DNA of 64,000 nucleotides from Parachlamydiales bacterium (GTDB lineage Bacteria; Chlamydiota; Chlamydiia; Chlamydiales; Rhabdochlamydiaceae): NCBI GenBank assembly GCA_963705295.1, contig OY970065.1, positions 224,001 to 288,000 of the forward strand, read 5' to 3'. Shown piece by piece: positions 19,863 to 30,244 of this stretch (position 1 is its first letter; each line of letters starts with the position of its first letter). The notes under the pieces were generated by a model. It saw only the letters and a program-made list of their open reading frames with translations, ran no database searches and was not told where the DNA came from. The position numbers and the translations under genes were made by a program.

Positions 19863-20527
19863 ACTTTTCTCTCCTCTCTTTAAAAAACTATCCGATTTAT
19901 GACCAGCTCCTCCTAGAGGAAGAGCTTCTCAGAAATGATCACAGAAATTTGTGTCTGATCAATGTAGGATCACCACCAGCAATCGTGATGGGAATCTCGG
20001 GTAAAGCAGACCAACTCATCCATCTAGACAACGTTACTATTCCTATTATCCGTCGCTTTAGTGGAGGTGGGACCGTCGTGGTCGATGAAAATACCGTTTT
20101 TGTCACTTTCATCTGCAATAAAGCTGACCATCCGTTCCCTGCCTATCCTGAACCAATCCTCCGCTTTGCAGAAACGATTCTTGCACCCACCATCCCAGGG
20201 CTCATTTTGCGCGAAAATGACTTCGTCATAGGTGAAAAAAAATGTGGCGGAAATGCTCTTTATATTAAGAAAGATCGGTGGCTTCTCCACACATCGTTCC
20301 TTTGGGATTATCACCCCGCACATATGGATCTTCTCAAGCACCCACCCAAAACTCCCACCTATCGACAAGGACGAACCCACGAACACTTCCTCTGCCGCCT
20401 TTCTGATCGGATTGAACATCAAGACAAGTGGATACAGAATTTAAAGAAAATTGGTTCCGAATTAGAAGAGATTTCAAGAATTACTTTGAATCAGTATGGC
20501 ACGTCGATCGTCTTCCATCCATCTTAA
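19859..20527 (+). CDS. lplA: Lipoate-protein ligase A family protein
   Basis: [23 protein letters not shown]; follows mnmG as in other chlamydiae. Confidence 0.85.
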
Positions 20528-20999
20528 AACGTATTTCCATCACCGCAAATAAGTTTTCTTCCCGTGCCCTTAGATCTTTTTCGGAAGCCGCAATTGTTGT
20601 TTCAAGCCCCGCTAATTCTTGTTCCATTTCTTTTAATGATTGTTCATTTTCTGCAACATCACCATCCAAGATAATGAGTCTGTTCATTAGAGTACTCAAT
20701 CCATCTTTTAATGAAACAGCTGCAACAGCTTCTCCAATGATTCTCAAACGGCGAGTGATTTCGACAATATCGAGTTGGGAAAGATTTTCTGCAGTAGGTT
20801 GTGTAAATAATTTAGCTAAAAGTTCAGTATGATTTTTCTGATATCCTGCATAAATCGCTTGAAGCCTTTCCACTTCAGTCTTTCGTTCATCTATTTGGTC
20901 TGCATTGACCTGAACCGCTTCAGCTTGCTGTCCAATTACCGCATCGTAAGGGTTTTGTCTTGTATCAAGAGACGCAAACCATGTTGCAATGTGGGCCAC
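20481..20999 (-). CDS. Hypothetical coiled-coil protein
   Basis: GTG start preceded by AGGAG; heptad-rich sequence; third gene of a co-oriented cluster. Confidence 0.6.
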   Translation of the reverse strand: MAHIATWFASLDTRQNPYDAVIGQQAEAVQVNADQIDERKTEVERLQAIYAGYQKNHTELLAKLFTQPTAENLSQLDIVEITRRLRIIGEAVAAVSLKDGLSTLMNRLIILDGDVAENEQSLKEMEQELAGLETTIAASEKDLRAREENLFAVMEIRFKMDGRRSTCHTDSK

Positions 21000-21792
21000 T
21001 TGCTACTCCTGTTGCTTTAACTCTGAATTTAAAAGATTTAATATCTTCTAGCAGTTGTCCGTACTGATCCTTCTCAACTCTTGCAATGTGCTTTATTCTC
21101 TTCTGAAGAGCAGCTAGCCTTATGCTCTCATTTTTAACTTTTTCGCGCATTTTTCCGATCTGTGTTTTTAAATCCTCAACTTTAGATTGTTGCTTTTCAA
21201 TTTTCTGGAATGTTTCTGCTGCATCAAGGAGATTTAGTTTTTCAAAACCTTCTGTTTTACTTAAAAAAATCGATACATATGCAAGGGCATCTTTTGCTTG
21301 TTGGATCGTAACTTGCTGCTTTCTATATTCTTCCCCAAGTTGCACAGCAGCGGGAAGTGTTTGTGTATACTCTGCATGGGCTTGCCGGATCTGTTGCAAA
21401 ATAGGATCTAAAACTTTCACCAAATTTTCTAAATGCCCGATCGCTGGTCGAATGGTTGTCTCGAACTTTTGTTGCTCTGCAACGAGTTGTCCTAATTCTT
21501 CAACTTTCTCACCTGATGCAGAGAGAAAATTAGACGACCATCCAAAAAAGTAACTGAGAACTCCAAATGCGGCAAATGAAGCCGCAGGAGCCAGGGTTGC
21601 AGAAGCCGCCGTATATGATATAAAACCAAGACCCACTCGCTGAGCTAAACTTTCTGTCTGGAATGCAGAAGATGACGGAAGTTGCGCAAGTCTAGCCGCT
21701 AATTTCGCATAAGCACGACTTCTTACGAAATGGTGTCCATGTCGATGGACTTGCCTGGCAAGAGCTCTTGAAGGACCGTTGATTGCACTCAT
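20965..21792 (-). CDS. Hypothetical Inc-like protein (hydrophobic hairpin plus long coiled coil)
   Basis: Hydrophobic VGLGFISYTAASATLAPAASFAAFGVLSYFFGW, then heptad repeats; ATG at 21792 overlaps the upstream stop (ATGA). Confidence 0.6.
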   Translation of the reverse strand: MSAINGPSRALARQVHRHGHHFVRSRAYAKLAARLAQLPSSSAFQTESLAQRVGLGFISYTAASATLAPAASFAAFGVLSYFFGWSSNFLSASGEKVEELGQLVAEQQKFETTIRPAIGHLENLVKVLDPILQQIRQAHAEYTQTLPAAVQLGEEYRKQQVTIQQAKDALAYVSIFLSKTEGFEKLNLLDAAETFQKIEKQQSKVEDLKTQIGKMREKVKNESIRLAALQKRIKHIARVEKDQYGQLLEDIKSFKFRVKATGVASGPHCNMVCVS

Positions 21793-22616
21793 ACTATTGC
21801 TCCCCATTGGTTTGTTAGGCTTTCAATAGCCCGTCGTAAAATTGCAATTTGATCTGCTTTGACACCTTCTTGAGTAGTGAGAGTTTCCTGAGTTGTCTGT
21901 AGTTGTAGTCTCAAAGCTGTGAAATCGGTAATTAATCCTCTTTGCAACTGCTGTAATCGGGTATGTTCGTCATGGAGACGTCCGACTTTACTCTCCAAGT
22001 TCCGAACAAAGGACAATCTCTGCTGAAATGCTTCATCACTTGACATCGATTGTGCTATCAGAAGAACCGATTCGAGTTGAGTTTTCAGATGATCAAAGTC
22101 GGTTTGTACACTGCTTCTTAAAGGTTCGACTACTGCGTTAAAAGCGTGTTGGGCTGCGGCAGCGGCAGGAACTTGTTGGCTTAAGGAATCAAATTGGGCC
22201 CTCAGTTCTGTTACTAGTCGGGAGATTTCTTCATTGTTTCTTTTGAGTTCACTATTGTGGGTCTGAAGTGTTTCGTAAAGGTTTGCAAGTTTATTGTAAG
22301 TTGACCAAAAATTATATCTATTGGAAAGAAGACAAAACACGACATAAACATTGACCCAGTGAGGATTAACAAAGTTGTAATAACTATTACCCAGGATCAC
22401 GCAAGCAACCAGGGGATCCTTGAGGTCGACCCAGCTCATCACCCGGATGGAAGGGCCCCATGCGGCAAACAGAGCCACGGATGCAAGGCCAAAACCAATC
22501 ACAGCTATTCTACCCCAAACGGCCGCGACTAAAATGGCAACTCCTGTAAATCCTACCGCTGGTTTCCAGTAGGGTTGAATCGTGTGGAGATGGTCTTTTA
22601 TGTTAGAGAGATACAT
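21789..22616 (-). CDS. Hypothetical Inc-like membrane protein with C-terminal coiled coil
   Basis: Bilobed hydrophobic segment PAVGFTGVAILVAAVWGRIAVIGFGLASVALFAAWG; Q/L/E-rich heptads. Confidence 0.65.
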   Translation of the reverse strand: MYLSNIKDHLHTIQPYWKPAVGFTGVAILVAAVWGRIAVIGFGLASVALFAAWGPSIRVMSWVDLKDPLVACVILGNSYYNFVNPHWVNVYVVFCLLSNRYNFWSTYNKLANLYETLQTHNSELKRNNEEISRLVTELRAQFDSLSQQVPAAAAAQHAFNAVVEPLRSSVQTDFDHLKTQLESVLLIAQSMSSDEAFQQRLSFVRNLESKVGRLHDEHTRLQQLQRGLITDFTALRLQLQTTQETLTTQEGVKADQIAILRRAIESLTNQWGAIV

Positions 22617-22636
22617 GTTAAAATCTTCTATATAAA

Positions 22637-22665
22637 GTTATAAAATTTTGACTTATTACTAGCAA
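22637..22665 (-). promoter_or_regulatory. Candidate sigma66 promoter of the Inc-like cluster
   Basis: Minus strand TTGCTA-17 nt-TATAAC, 20 nt upstream of ATG 22616. Confidence 0.5.
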
Positions 22666-22670
22666 GGAAA

Positions 22671-23444
22671 TTAGTCGATGTACGCGTCGGGAAGACTGAT
22701 CCGATTATGGATGGCTTGTTTGACGACTTCCCGCTCCATCACGGCGATCGATTCGGTGAGGGGAATTTTTTTGGGACAGACTTGGGCGCAATTTTGCGCA
22801 TCGCCGCAGTCAGAGACACCGCCATCTTCCATGAGAACGCGGAGCCGCTCCGGCCCTTGCATTTTTCCTGTGGGATGGGTGTTGAAAAGGCGGACTTGAG
22901 AAATCGCTGCAGGACCAATGAACTTAGACCGTTTGTTGACCTGGGGGCATGCTTCGACACAACAGCCGCAGGTCATGCAGGTGGAAAGCACGTAACGGAC
23001 TTCTTGGACTTTCGGATCTTGTTTAGGCCCAAAACCCCGTTCATAAGAGCCGTCGATTTCAATCCAGGCGCTGAGTTTTTTTAAATGATCAAACATCGTA
23101 TCCCGATTCACGATGAGATCTCGGACGAGGGGAAATTTTGTGAAAGGGGCGACCGTGATGATCCGACTTTTTGACTGCTCCAGAAGTTCAGGAACGAGCG
23201 CGGTACATGCTTGCCGGGGTTTTCCATTGATCAGCATCGAACACGAGCCGCAGACTTCTTCTAAACACCCCTGCTCCCAAACAATGGGTTCGACTTTTTC
23301 CCCTTTTCGATTGATAGGAGATTTTTGAATATCCATGAAAGCGCAGATGAGATTGTAAAACGGCTTTACAGTGAGCTCGAATTCTTCCCAATACTGCTTT
23401 TCAGGTGTGCCACGGTAGATTTTTAAAATAAAAGTTTCGGTCAT
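22671..23444 (-). CDS. sdhB: Succinate dehydrogenase iron-sulfur subunit
   Basis: CLEEVCGSC, CMTCGCCVEACP, CGDAQNCAQVCP. Confidence 0.96.
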   Translation of the reverse strand: MTETFILKIYRGTPEKQYWEEFELTVKPFYNLICAFMDIQKSPINRKGEKVEPIVWEQGCLEEVCGSCSMLINGKPRQACTALVPELLEQSKSRIITVAPFTKFPLVRDLIVNRDTMFDHLKKLSAWIEIDGSYERGFGPKQDPKVQEVRYVLSTCMTCGCCVEACPQVNKRSKFIGPAAISQVRLFNTHPTGKMQGPERLRVLMEDGGVSDCGDAQNCAQVCPKKIPLTESIAVMEREVVKQAIHNRISLPDAYID

Positions 23445-25327
23445 AAGGGTAAGGGGATATTGGGTGGAACGTTTTCTAAGGTTGGTTTAATTTTCTTTGC
23501 ATGAACATAGTCACGCGGAATCGGTTTTAAATATCTTATATCGACTTTCTTAAAGGAGATTTCGGGTTCATCCTTCCTGTAGGTAGCAATCGTGGTCTTG
23601 AGCCAATTTTCATCATCCCGATGGGGAAATTCCGTTTTAAAATGGGCTCCTCTCGACTCGTCGCGAACCAGCGCACTTTTGGTCATAGCTAAGGCCAGTT
23701 CTAACATGCTCTTGAATTGATTAGCAAATGTGTAGGTTTGATTGAGGAGAGAGCCCCGATCATCTAAAGAAATTTGTTTGTATTTTTCACGGAGCTCTTT
23801 GAGTTTATCGATCGTTTTTTGGAGATCTTTGTTGTTCCGTTTAACCGTCACATTGCGAACCATCCAATCGGCTAGTTCGTCGTGCAATCGGTGAATATTT
23901 TCAGGTCCGCTGCGGGTCAAGAGGTCGTGTTTAAACGCTTCTTCTTGAGCCAAAGCTTCCGAATAGATGTGAGAGGGTAGGTCGGCGTACGTTGCCGTTA
24001 ATGTCTCTTGATACCGGGGAACTTCCATCCCAACGACCAATCCTCCAAAAATGCAGGAGAGAAGAGAATTAGCTCCGAGCCGATTCGCTCCATGGTATAG
24101 GAAATCGGATTCTCCAACATTGAAAAGGCCGGGGATATTGGTCATCTGACGAAACCGTTTGCTCCGGTCGGGATCATCGAATGCGGGCCAATCGATCCAA
24201 GCGCCTCCCATCGAATAATGAACGGCGGGGAAAATCTTCATCGGAACTTTTCGAGGATCTTCTCCTGTGAATTTTTGATAAATTTCGAGAACAGACTCAA
24301 CCTTGTGGAGGGTTTTTTCAGGGAGATGGGTCATATCTAAATAGACTTGCATCTGTCCATCAACGCCGAGGCCTAGTTCACAAACACGGAGAATTTCTCT
24401 CGCAGCTACGTCGCGCGCGACGAGATTTCCGTAGCCGGGGTAGAGTTCTTCTAGAAAATACCATGCCTCTCCTGTCTTTCCACACGGGATTTCTTTTCCA
24501 TCTGGAGCCGTAATGGTTTTTGAAGAATCGCCCAGCACCCAAATCCTACCACCTTCACCCCGCGTCGATTCTGAAATGAGCCGGAGCTTATCTTCCCCAG
24601 GGATGGCGGTCGGATGAATTTGAATAAATTCTCCATTGGCATATTCCATTCCCTGCATAAAAAGACGGCCATTGGCGGCGCCGGTGCAAAACGTTGAGTT
24701 GGTCGATTTTTTGAAAATAAGTCCAGGGCCTCCAGAAGCAACAACAACGGTATCGGCTTTCATCACATCGAGTTTCATGTTGATGAGATCCATATACACA
24801 ATACCCCGTGCAATCCCACTTTCATCCATCACCAGTCTCATGAACTCGTGATTTTCAAATTTTTCGACAAGGCCTTGCACTTCGAAGCGGCGGACTTGTT
24901 CATCGAGAGCATACAGCAGTTGTTGACCGGTTGATGCACCGCAAAAGGCAGTACGGTTATAAAGGGTCCCACCAAAGCGGCGGACATCGAGATTTCCTTC
25001 TAAAGTTCGATTAAAAGGGCAACCCATCCGATCCATGAGACGGATGATGCCAGGAGCCGAGAGGCACATCTCTAAGACGGGAGGTTGATCGGCTAGAAAA
25101 TCTCCTCCCTTGATCGTATCATACGCATGGATGTACGGAGAATCGTCTTCTCCTTTAAGATTCATCGCAGCGTTGATTCCACCTTGGGCACAGACGGAAT
25201 GGGACCGTTTTACTTTCGTGACAGAAACCAATTTGATGCGGCATCCATTTTCGGCAAGGCGCATGGCAGCGGCAAGTCCAGCAAGACCACCCCCAACAAC
25301 TATGACTTCTTTCGTTTTGTTTTTCAT
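23441..25327 (-). CDS. sdhA: Succinate dehydrogenase flavoprotein subunit
   Basis: VVGGGLAG, RSHSVCAQGG, HYSMGG, HGANRLGANSL; true start at ATG 25327 (MKNKTK), overlapping the sdhC stop. Confidence 0.96.
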   Translation of the reverse strand: MKNKTKEVIVVGGGLAGLAAAMRLAENGCRIKLVSVTKVKRSHSVCAQGGINAAMNLKGEDDSPYIHAYDTIKGGDFLADQPPVLEMCLSAPGIIRLMDRMGCPFNRTLEGNLDVRRFGGTLYNRTAFCGASTGQQLLYALDEQVRRFEVQGLVEKFENHEFMRLVMDESGIARGIVYMDLINMKLDVMKADTVVVASGGPGLIFKKSTNSTFCTGAANGRLFMQGMEYANGEFIQIHPTAIPGEDKLRLISESTRGEGGRIWVLGDSSKTITAPDGKEIPCGKTGEAWYFLEELYPGYGNLVARDVAAREILRVCELGLGVDGQMQVYLDMTHLPEKTLHKVESVLEIYQKFTGEDPRKVPMKIFPAVHYSMGGAWIDWPAFDDPDRSKRFRQMTNIPGLFNVGESDFLYHGANRLGANSLLSCIFGGLVVGMEVPRYQETLTATYADLPSHIYSEALAQEEAFKHDLLTRSGPENIHRLHDELADWMVRNVTVKRNNKDLQKTIDKLKELREKYKQISLDDRGSLLNQTYTFANQFKSMLELALAMTKSALVRDESRGAHFKTEFPHRDDENWLKTTIATYRKDEPEISFKKVDIRYLKPIPRDYVHAKKIKPTLENVPPNIPLPL

Positions 25328-26313
25328 GTTCTTAAGTTTAGAAAGTAAGTTCCCCAAACAGCGGCAAGACCCAGGAATGCAATGAGTGCCATCAGACCCC
25401 ATGCATATTTGAGAAGTCTTTGTTGTGCAGCCACACGGAGCACAATACCCCAAGAGATGCAAAAAGTCCAAAGTCCATTAAATCCATGGAAGCATGCTGC
25501 CAAGACAAAAATGGTATAAAGGGCAACATAGATCGGATGTTTAAAAGTATCACGGACCGTCAGCAGGGAAGCCGTTGCAAAATCTTTAGAAACGGCAACA
25601 ACCTCATTCGAGCCGATTTTTTGTTTTTCTAACGCTTCTACCCATTTCAGTTTTTCCACGTACGCCTGAGCTGAAGTTAAGATCATTTGCTGCTGCGGAT
25701 CATACACAGAAGAATTGGGTAGAGATTTTGCAAGAGCGACCAAAGCCTGTTCATTTTTTCTTGAGTCGATCTCTATCCTCTCATTTAAAATTTGATCGGA
25801 AGTATAAAGCTGTACGCCGAGCCTAGACGCAACGGTATAAACTCCTTTATCAATTGTCACTGGAACGAAATAATACGAAAGAGCGCCTTGATTTAAAGAA
25901 TCGGGATAGTCGATGAATCGGAATTTGATCACATGGAGAATAATCCCAACGAGAAGAATCCACGATGTGATCCTCTGCCATGTATAAGCCCGGTTGCGGC
26001 CATATTCACTTAAATTGGGTTCGGTTCCGTCGGTCTTCGAAGAGTTAAATTTGGATGTCAATAAGTACTTGATTCCCCAAATCATATGAATTCCGATGGG
26101 CACACCGAGCAAAACGATTTCAATCACCTGTAAATAAGGAAGATTGTGGATCGAGTTGACCATACTGACAAACCCTTGCGCATTATCGCCGAGTAAAAGG
26201 GCCGCCTGGGAATTTGTAAATAAATGCTCCATCAAGAATAAAACAATCCACAGTCCCATTAAGGAATGAAGCCTTCGCCAAACGAATGCTCTGGGAAGCG
26301 TTGCTGAAGTCAT
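25324..26313 (-). CDS. sdhC: Succinate dehydrogenase cytochrome b558 subunit
   Basis: RRLHSLMG, heme-ligand His residues in TM helices, FHGFNGLW; upstream of sdhA. Confidence 0.9.
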   Translation of the reverse strand: MTSATLPRAFVWRRLHSLMGLWIVLFLMEHLFTNSQAALLLGDNAQGFVSMVNSIHNLPYLQVIEIVLLGVPIGIHMIWGIKYLLTSKFNSSKTDGTEPNLSEYGRNRAYTWQRITSWILLVGIILHVIKFRFIDYPDSLNQGALSYYFVPVTIDKGVYTVASRLGVQLYTSDQILNERIEIDSRKNEQALVALAKSLPNSSVYDPQQQMILTSAQAYVEKLKWVEALEKQKIGSNEVVAVSKDFATASLLTVRDTFKHPIYVALYTIFVLAACFHGFNGLWTFCISWGIVLRVAAQQRLLKYAWGLMALIAFLGLAAVWGTYFLNLRT

Positions 26314-26364
26314 AACTGTTCATTAAACACCCAAAACAAGTTTTGGAAAAGAAAAAAAAGTATC

Positions 26365-27111
26365 CTAAACTCTAAAAAACTGAGCTGCATTTTGAGTGGT
26401 TGCCTCGGCAAACCTCTCCAGAGAAACACCTTTAATATGAGCCATGACTGAGGCTGTTTCTTCGATGTAGCTCGGTTCATTTTTTTTACCCCGCTTTGAT
26501 TCAGGAGCCAGATAAGGCGTATCTGTTTCAATCAAAAGACGGTCGAGCGGAACATACGCAGCAATGTCTCTCAATTCGTCTGATTTTTTAAAAGTGACGA
26601 TCCCACTAAAGGAAATGAGCCATCCTCTTTCGAGACATTTTTTAGCCTCCCCAAGGCTGCCTGTAAAGCAATGTAAAACAGCCGGTAACGCTCGATAATG
26701 GAGATCGGCAAGTGCGAAAAGATCTTCAAAAGCATCACGACAATGAAAAATAATGGGAAGCTTCGCAGAAGTAGCCAATTCAAAATACCGTGTCAGGAAT
26801 TCTCTTTGCATTGCAGGTGGGGAATGTTGATAATGGTAGTCAAGACCCGTTTCCCCAATGGCTACTAGCTGAGAACTCTTTTCTTTAACAATAGGGAAAA
26901 ACTCCTCGCCCTCTTTTTCGACATCGTGCGGCGTTGTCGCAGCGGCATTGTAAATCCACGGATATTTTTCTGTTAGCTTAAGCCCTCTTTCAAGTTCGAG
27001 GGTGTTGGTACAAATATTGACAATCGCCTTAACTTGTTTTTGCCTAGCCCTTTGGATCAACTCTTCCACATTTTCTAGAGAAGACAGATGAGCATGAGAA
27101 TCGAAGTACAT
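26365..27111 (-). CDS. tatD: TatD family DNase
   Basis: DSHAHL, IGETGLDY, FHCRDA, LHCFTG, ETDTPYL. Confidence 0.93.
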   Translation of the reverse strand: MYFDSHAHLSSLENVEELIQRARQKQVKAIVNICTNTLELERGLKLTEKYPWIYNAAATTPHDVEKEGEEFFPIVKEKSSQLVAIGETGLDYHYQHSPPAMQREFLTRYFELATSAKLPIIFHCRDAFEDLFALADLHYRALPAVLHCFTGSLGEAKKCLERGWLISFSGIVTFKKSDELRDIAAYVPLDRLLIETDTPYLAPESKRGKKNEPSYIEETASVMAHIKGVSLERFAEATTQNAAQFFRV

Positions 27112-27180
27112 GGTAGAAATCCTTATCTAATAGATGATAAATATCAAGTCTCAGTAGAATGATATTTTCCCGAGGTGGTT

Positions 27181-27888
27181 ATGATTATCGGTTCACTCAA
27201 TGCATTTTCCATTGCGTACACGCAATCCGATTTTTTCGGTAAGCTGATCATTTTGTCGTTGATTGGATTATCGATGGTTTGTTGGATTGTGCTGCTGTAT
27301 AAAACATGGATTCTGAGAAAAGTCGCCAGGTTTTCTTTAGAATTCCAAAGCGTAATTGCGCAAAATAAAGACTCGCTTCTCTCCTTTGATCCTGGGGTTT
27401 CCCAAAAAATCAATCCTTTTGGGGCAATTTTTCAAACCTTGAAGCAGAAAACGATCGAGATTTTAAATAAGAACCATTATTTCACTAAAAAAAATGTTTA
27501 TCTCACTCCTGCCGACTTAGAACTCTTGGAATCTCATGTGACAACGACAATTTCTGCACAAAATAAAATGCTTGAAAAACACCTCTATCTTTTATCGACG
27601 ATTGTGACCTTGGCACCCTTTATGGGATTGCTCGGGACAGTGTGGGGTATTTTGGTCACTTTTTCGGGGCTTCATGAGGGGGGTACAGCGCTCAGTTCCA
27701 ATAGCTCCATCTTAGGAGGAATCTCAACGGCTTTGGCAACGACCGTTATGGGACTTGTGATCGCCATTCCAGCCTTGATTGCGTATAATTATTTGAGAAG
27801 CGCGCTGCGCACTTATACATCTGACATGGATGACTTTTTAACCCTGCTCCTTTCCAACATCGAACTGCAATATCGAAAAGTAGAATGA
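27181..27888 (+). CDS. tolQ: MotA/TolQ/ExbB proton channel
   Basis: APFMGLLGTVWGI, GISTALATTVMGLVIAIPA; first gene of the tol-pal operon. Confidence 0.85.
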   Translation: MIIGSLNAFSIAYTQSDFFGKLIILSLIGLSMVCWIVLLYKTWILRKVARFSLEFQSVIAQNKDSLLSFDPGVSQKINPFGAIFQTLKQKTIEILNKNHYFTKKNVYLTPADLELLESHVTTTISAQNKMLEKHLYLLSTIVTLAPFMGLLGTVWGILVTFSGLHEGGTALSSNSSILGGISTALATTVMGLVIAIPALIAYNYLRSALRTYTSDMDDFLTLLLSNIELQYRKVE

Positions 27889-28298
27889 AGAAAAGAAATT
27901 TTGATTCTCATTTTGAAGAAGCCACTATCAATCTGACCCCGCTGATTGATGTTGTTTTCGTTGTTCTCATTATTTTTATTATCATTGCTCCGATGCTAGA
28001 ACTCGATCGAGTCGAACTGGCTCAGGCAGCACCGATTGAAAATAAACAAGCGGCAGGCACTGAAAATGCCACCTTAGTCATCCATGTTCATCATGATAAT
28101 ACGATCTGGTTTAATCGAAGATCCGTTACACCGGAGCAGTTAACATCGCTTTTGAAAGAGGTTAAGAAAAGGGAGCCGCATCGCATCCCGCAACTCTTCC
28201 AAGACAAGCGGGCGTGTTTCGGAACGTATCAAAGTGTGAAAAATGCAGTGGAAGTTGCAGGTTTTGAACAACTCGATGTGATCCTAAAACCAAGTTGA
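27885..28298 (+). CDS. tolR: TolR/ExbD
   Basis: INLTPLIDVVFVVLIIF. Confidence 0.85.
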   Translation: MKKRNFDSHFEEATINLTPLIDVVFVVLIIFIIIAPMLELDRVELAQAAPIENKQAAGTENATLVIHVHHDNTIWFNRRSVTPEQLTSLLKEVKKREPHRIPQLFQDKRACFGTYQSVKNAVEVAGFEQLDVILKPS

Positions 28299-28300
28299 GT

Positions 28301-28921
28301 ATGTTAAAGAAAATTATTCTCCTTGTTACAGCCCTTCATTTGACTCTATTGACACTCCTTTTATTTTCACCACCCAAGAAAATAACCCATAGAAATAAAC
28401 ATGTTGTGGTGCATATGGTTGCATCGAAACCTCCTCCAACTGTTGTTGTGAAAAAAGCCCCTGCTGCAGTTCCTGCCAAAAAGGTTGCACCGACGCGAAC
28501 CCCGGTGATTCAGAAAAAAACTGCCATTGTCGAAAAAGACAAACCGAAAAAGAAGGTTATAAAAGAGATTAACGAAGGCCTCGCCAAAATTGAGCATAAA
28601 GTATATTCTATGCCCCGATCGAAATTGGATGTTCCGCAGATCCAAAGTTCTCCGCCTGTTGAACCGTTTGAAACCGGTTGGAGTTCTCAGGAAGAAACTT
28701 TAATGTCTTTTCTGCATGCATCTCTGAATTTGCCCGAATTCGGAGAGGTTAAAATTCAACTGACGATCAAAAAAGATGGAAGTGTAAGTCAGATGGTTGT
28801 CTTGCAGGCTGAAAGTCAAAAAAATAAAGCTTACTTGCAAGAGTATCTTCCTCACTTGCAATTTCCTTTGATACTTGATAAAGAAAAAACCTTTATATTG
28901 ACATTTTGCAATGAAATTTAA
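28301..28921 (+). CDS. TolA/TonB-like energy transducer
   Basis: TM anchor with His (TALH), K/P/A-rich linker, TonB-C-like end; sits between tolR and tolB. Confidence 0.65.
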   Translation: MLKKIILLVTALHLTLLTLLLFSPPKKITHRNKHVVVHMVASKPPPTVVVKKAPAAVPAKKVAPTRTPVIQKKTAIVEKDKPKKKVIKEINEGLAKIEHKVYSMPRSKLDVPQIQSSPPVEPFETGWSSQEETLMSFLHASLNLPEFGEVKIQLTIKKDGSVSQMVVLQAESQKNKAYLQEYLPHLQFPLILDKEKTFILTFCNEI

Positions 28922-30230
28922 ACTGATCCTTTTTTTCTTCTTTTTGACGGCTTTAAGAGCTGAAACGCCTGAAGAGATCCGTATTTATCTGAGTACGACA
29001 AGTCCATTAGAGCCATTGTATCTTGGAAAATTTCAATGCTCTGACAATTCGCTTACGGATGGATATTTATCACAACTTGAATCGGTTCTTCTCTTCGACC
29101 TTAATCACAACGGATCGACCAAAGTGGCACCTTTCAATGAACAGCGAGAAAAAATGACCTTACATGGTACCAACTGGAAAAACTCCGGTCTTCTCTACGT
29201 GATCCAAGGGAAAATTTTGGAGAAAAAATTATCGACCTTGATTTTCTCTGTCCAGTCGGGATCTTTAAAACAATTCCCAGAGATCGTTTTATCAGGAGAT
29301 CTTTCAAAAGACAGAAAACTCATCCATCGACTGGCTGATGGCATTTATAAAACTCTCTATGGTCGTGAAGGCGTTGCGAGCACACAAATTTTATATTCCT
29401 CGAAACAAAAAACTCAAAATAAATGGATCTCTGAAATTTGGGTTTGCGATTGGGATGGGGGTAACGACCAACAATTGACATCGGATGGAAGTTATTGTGT
29501 GAATCCTGTAGCCATACCTTCGTCACAAAAATATGGAAACGATTATTTTCTTTATGTTTCCTATAAAATGGGGCAGCCAAAAATATTTATTTCATCTAAA
29601 AAAGGGGGTGGCAAACGGTTGATCGACCTCAAAGGAAATCAACTGTTGCCCGCCATTTCACCACAAAGAGATAAAATTGCCTTTATTTGTGATGCCTCTG
29701 GAAGAACAGATCTGTTTCTTCAAGAGTTTCACCCTGATAAATCTTTTGCAAAAAAACCGGTTCAACTTTTTTCGTATCCTAGTTCGACCCAAGCTTCACC
29801 GACGTTTAGCCCAGATGGAACAAAACTGGCTTTTGTTTCTGATAAAGATGGGTCTCCGAGGATTTATTTGATTTCAGCAACTTTCACGTCCAAAAGACCC
29901 GAACCGACTTTAATATCGAAACAAAATCACGAAAATTCATGCCCTTCATGGTCTCCCGATGGAAAGAAATTAGCTTATAGTGCTAAAACAAAGGGAATAC
30001 GGCAAATTTGGATTTACGACTTTGAAACCAAAGAAGAATGGCAACTGACCGATGGTAAAGGAAATAAGGAAAATCCTTCTTGGGCACCCGATAGTAGAAA
30101 TCTCGTGTTCAATTCCACCGATGGTCAAATTTCAGATCTTTATATTGTGAATCTCAATCAAGGAGAAGCCATAAAGATTTCTGGAGGAGCCGGAATAAAA
30201 CATTATCCCTCTTGGTCTGGGGGACGTTAA
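28911..30230 (+). CDS. tolB: Tol-Pal beta-propeller protein TolB
   Basis: Signal peptide; PD40 repeats PTFSPDG, PSWSPDG, PSWAPDS. Confidence 0.92.
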   Translation: MKFKLILFFFFLTALRAETPEEIRIYLSTTSPLEPLYLGKFQCSDNSLTDGYLSQLESVLLFDLNHNGSTKVAPFNEQREKMTLHGTNWKNSGLLYVIQGKILEKKLSTLIFSVQSGSLKQFPEIVLSGDLSKDRKLIHRLADGIYKTLYGREGVASTQILYSSKQKTQNKWISEIWVCDWDGGNDQQLTSDGSYCVNPVAIPSSQKYGNDYFLYVSYKMGQPKIFISSKKGGGKRLIDLKGNQLLPAISPQRDKIAFICDASGRTDLFLQEFHPDKSFAKKPVQLFSYPSSTQASPTFSPDGTKLAFVSDKDGSPRIYLISATFTSKRPEPTLISKQNHENSCPSWSPDGKKLAYSAKTKGIRQIWIYDFETKEEWQLTDGKGNKENPSWAPDSRNLVFNSTDGQISDLYIVNLNQGEAIKISGGAGIKHYPSWSGGR

Positions 30231-30244
30231 AAAAAGGAAAGTAT

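Noticed and set aside
25328..25471. Cys-rich N-terminal extension of SdhA
   Set aside because: Artefact of an upstream start inside sdhC; the real start is ATG 25327
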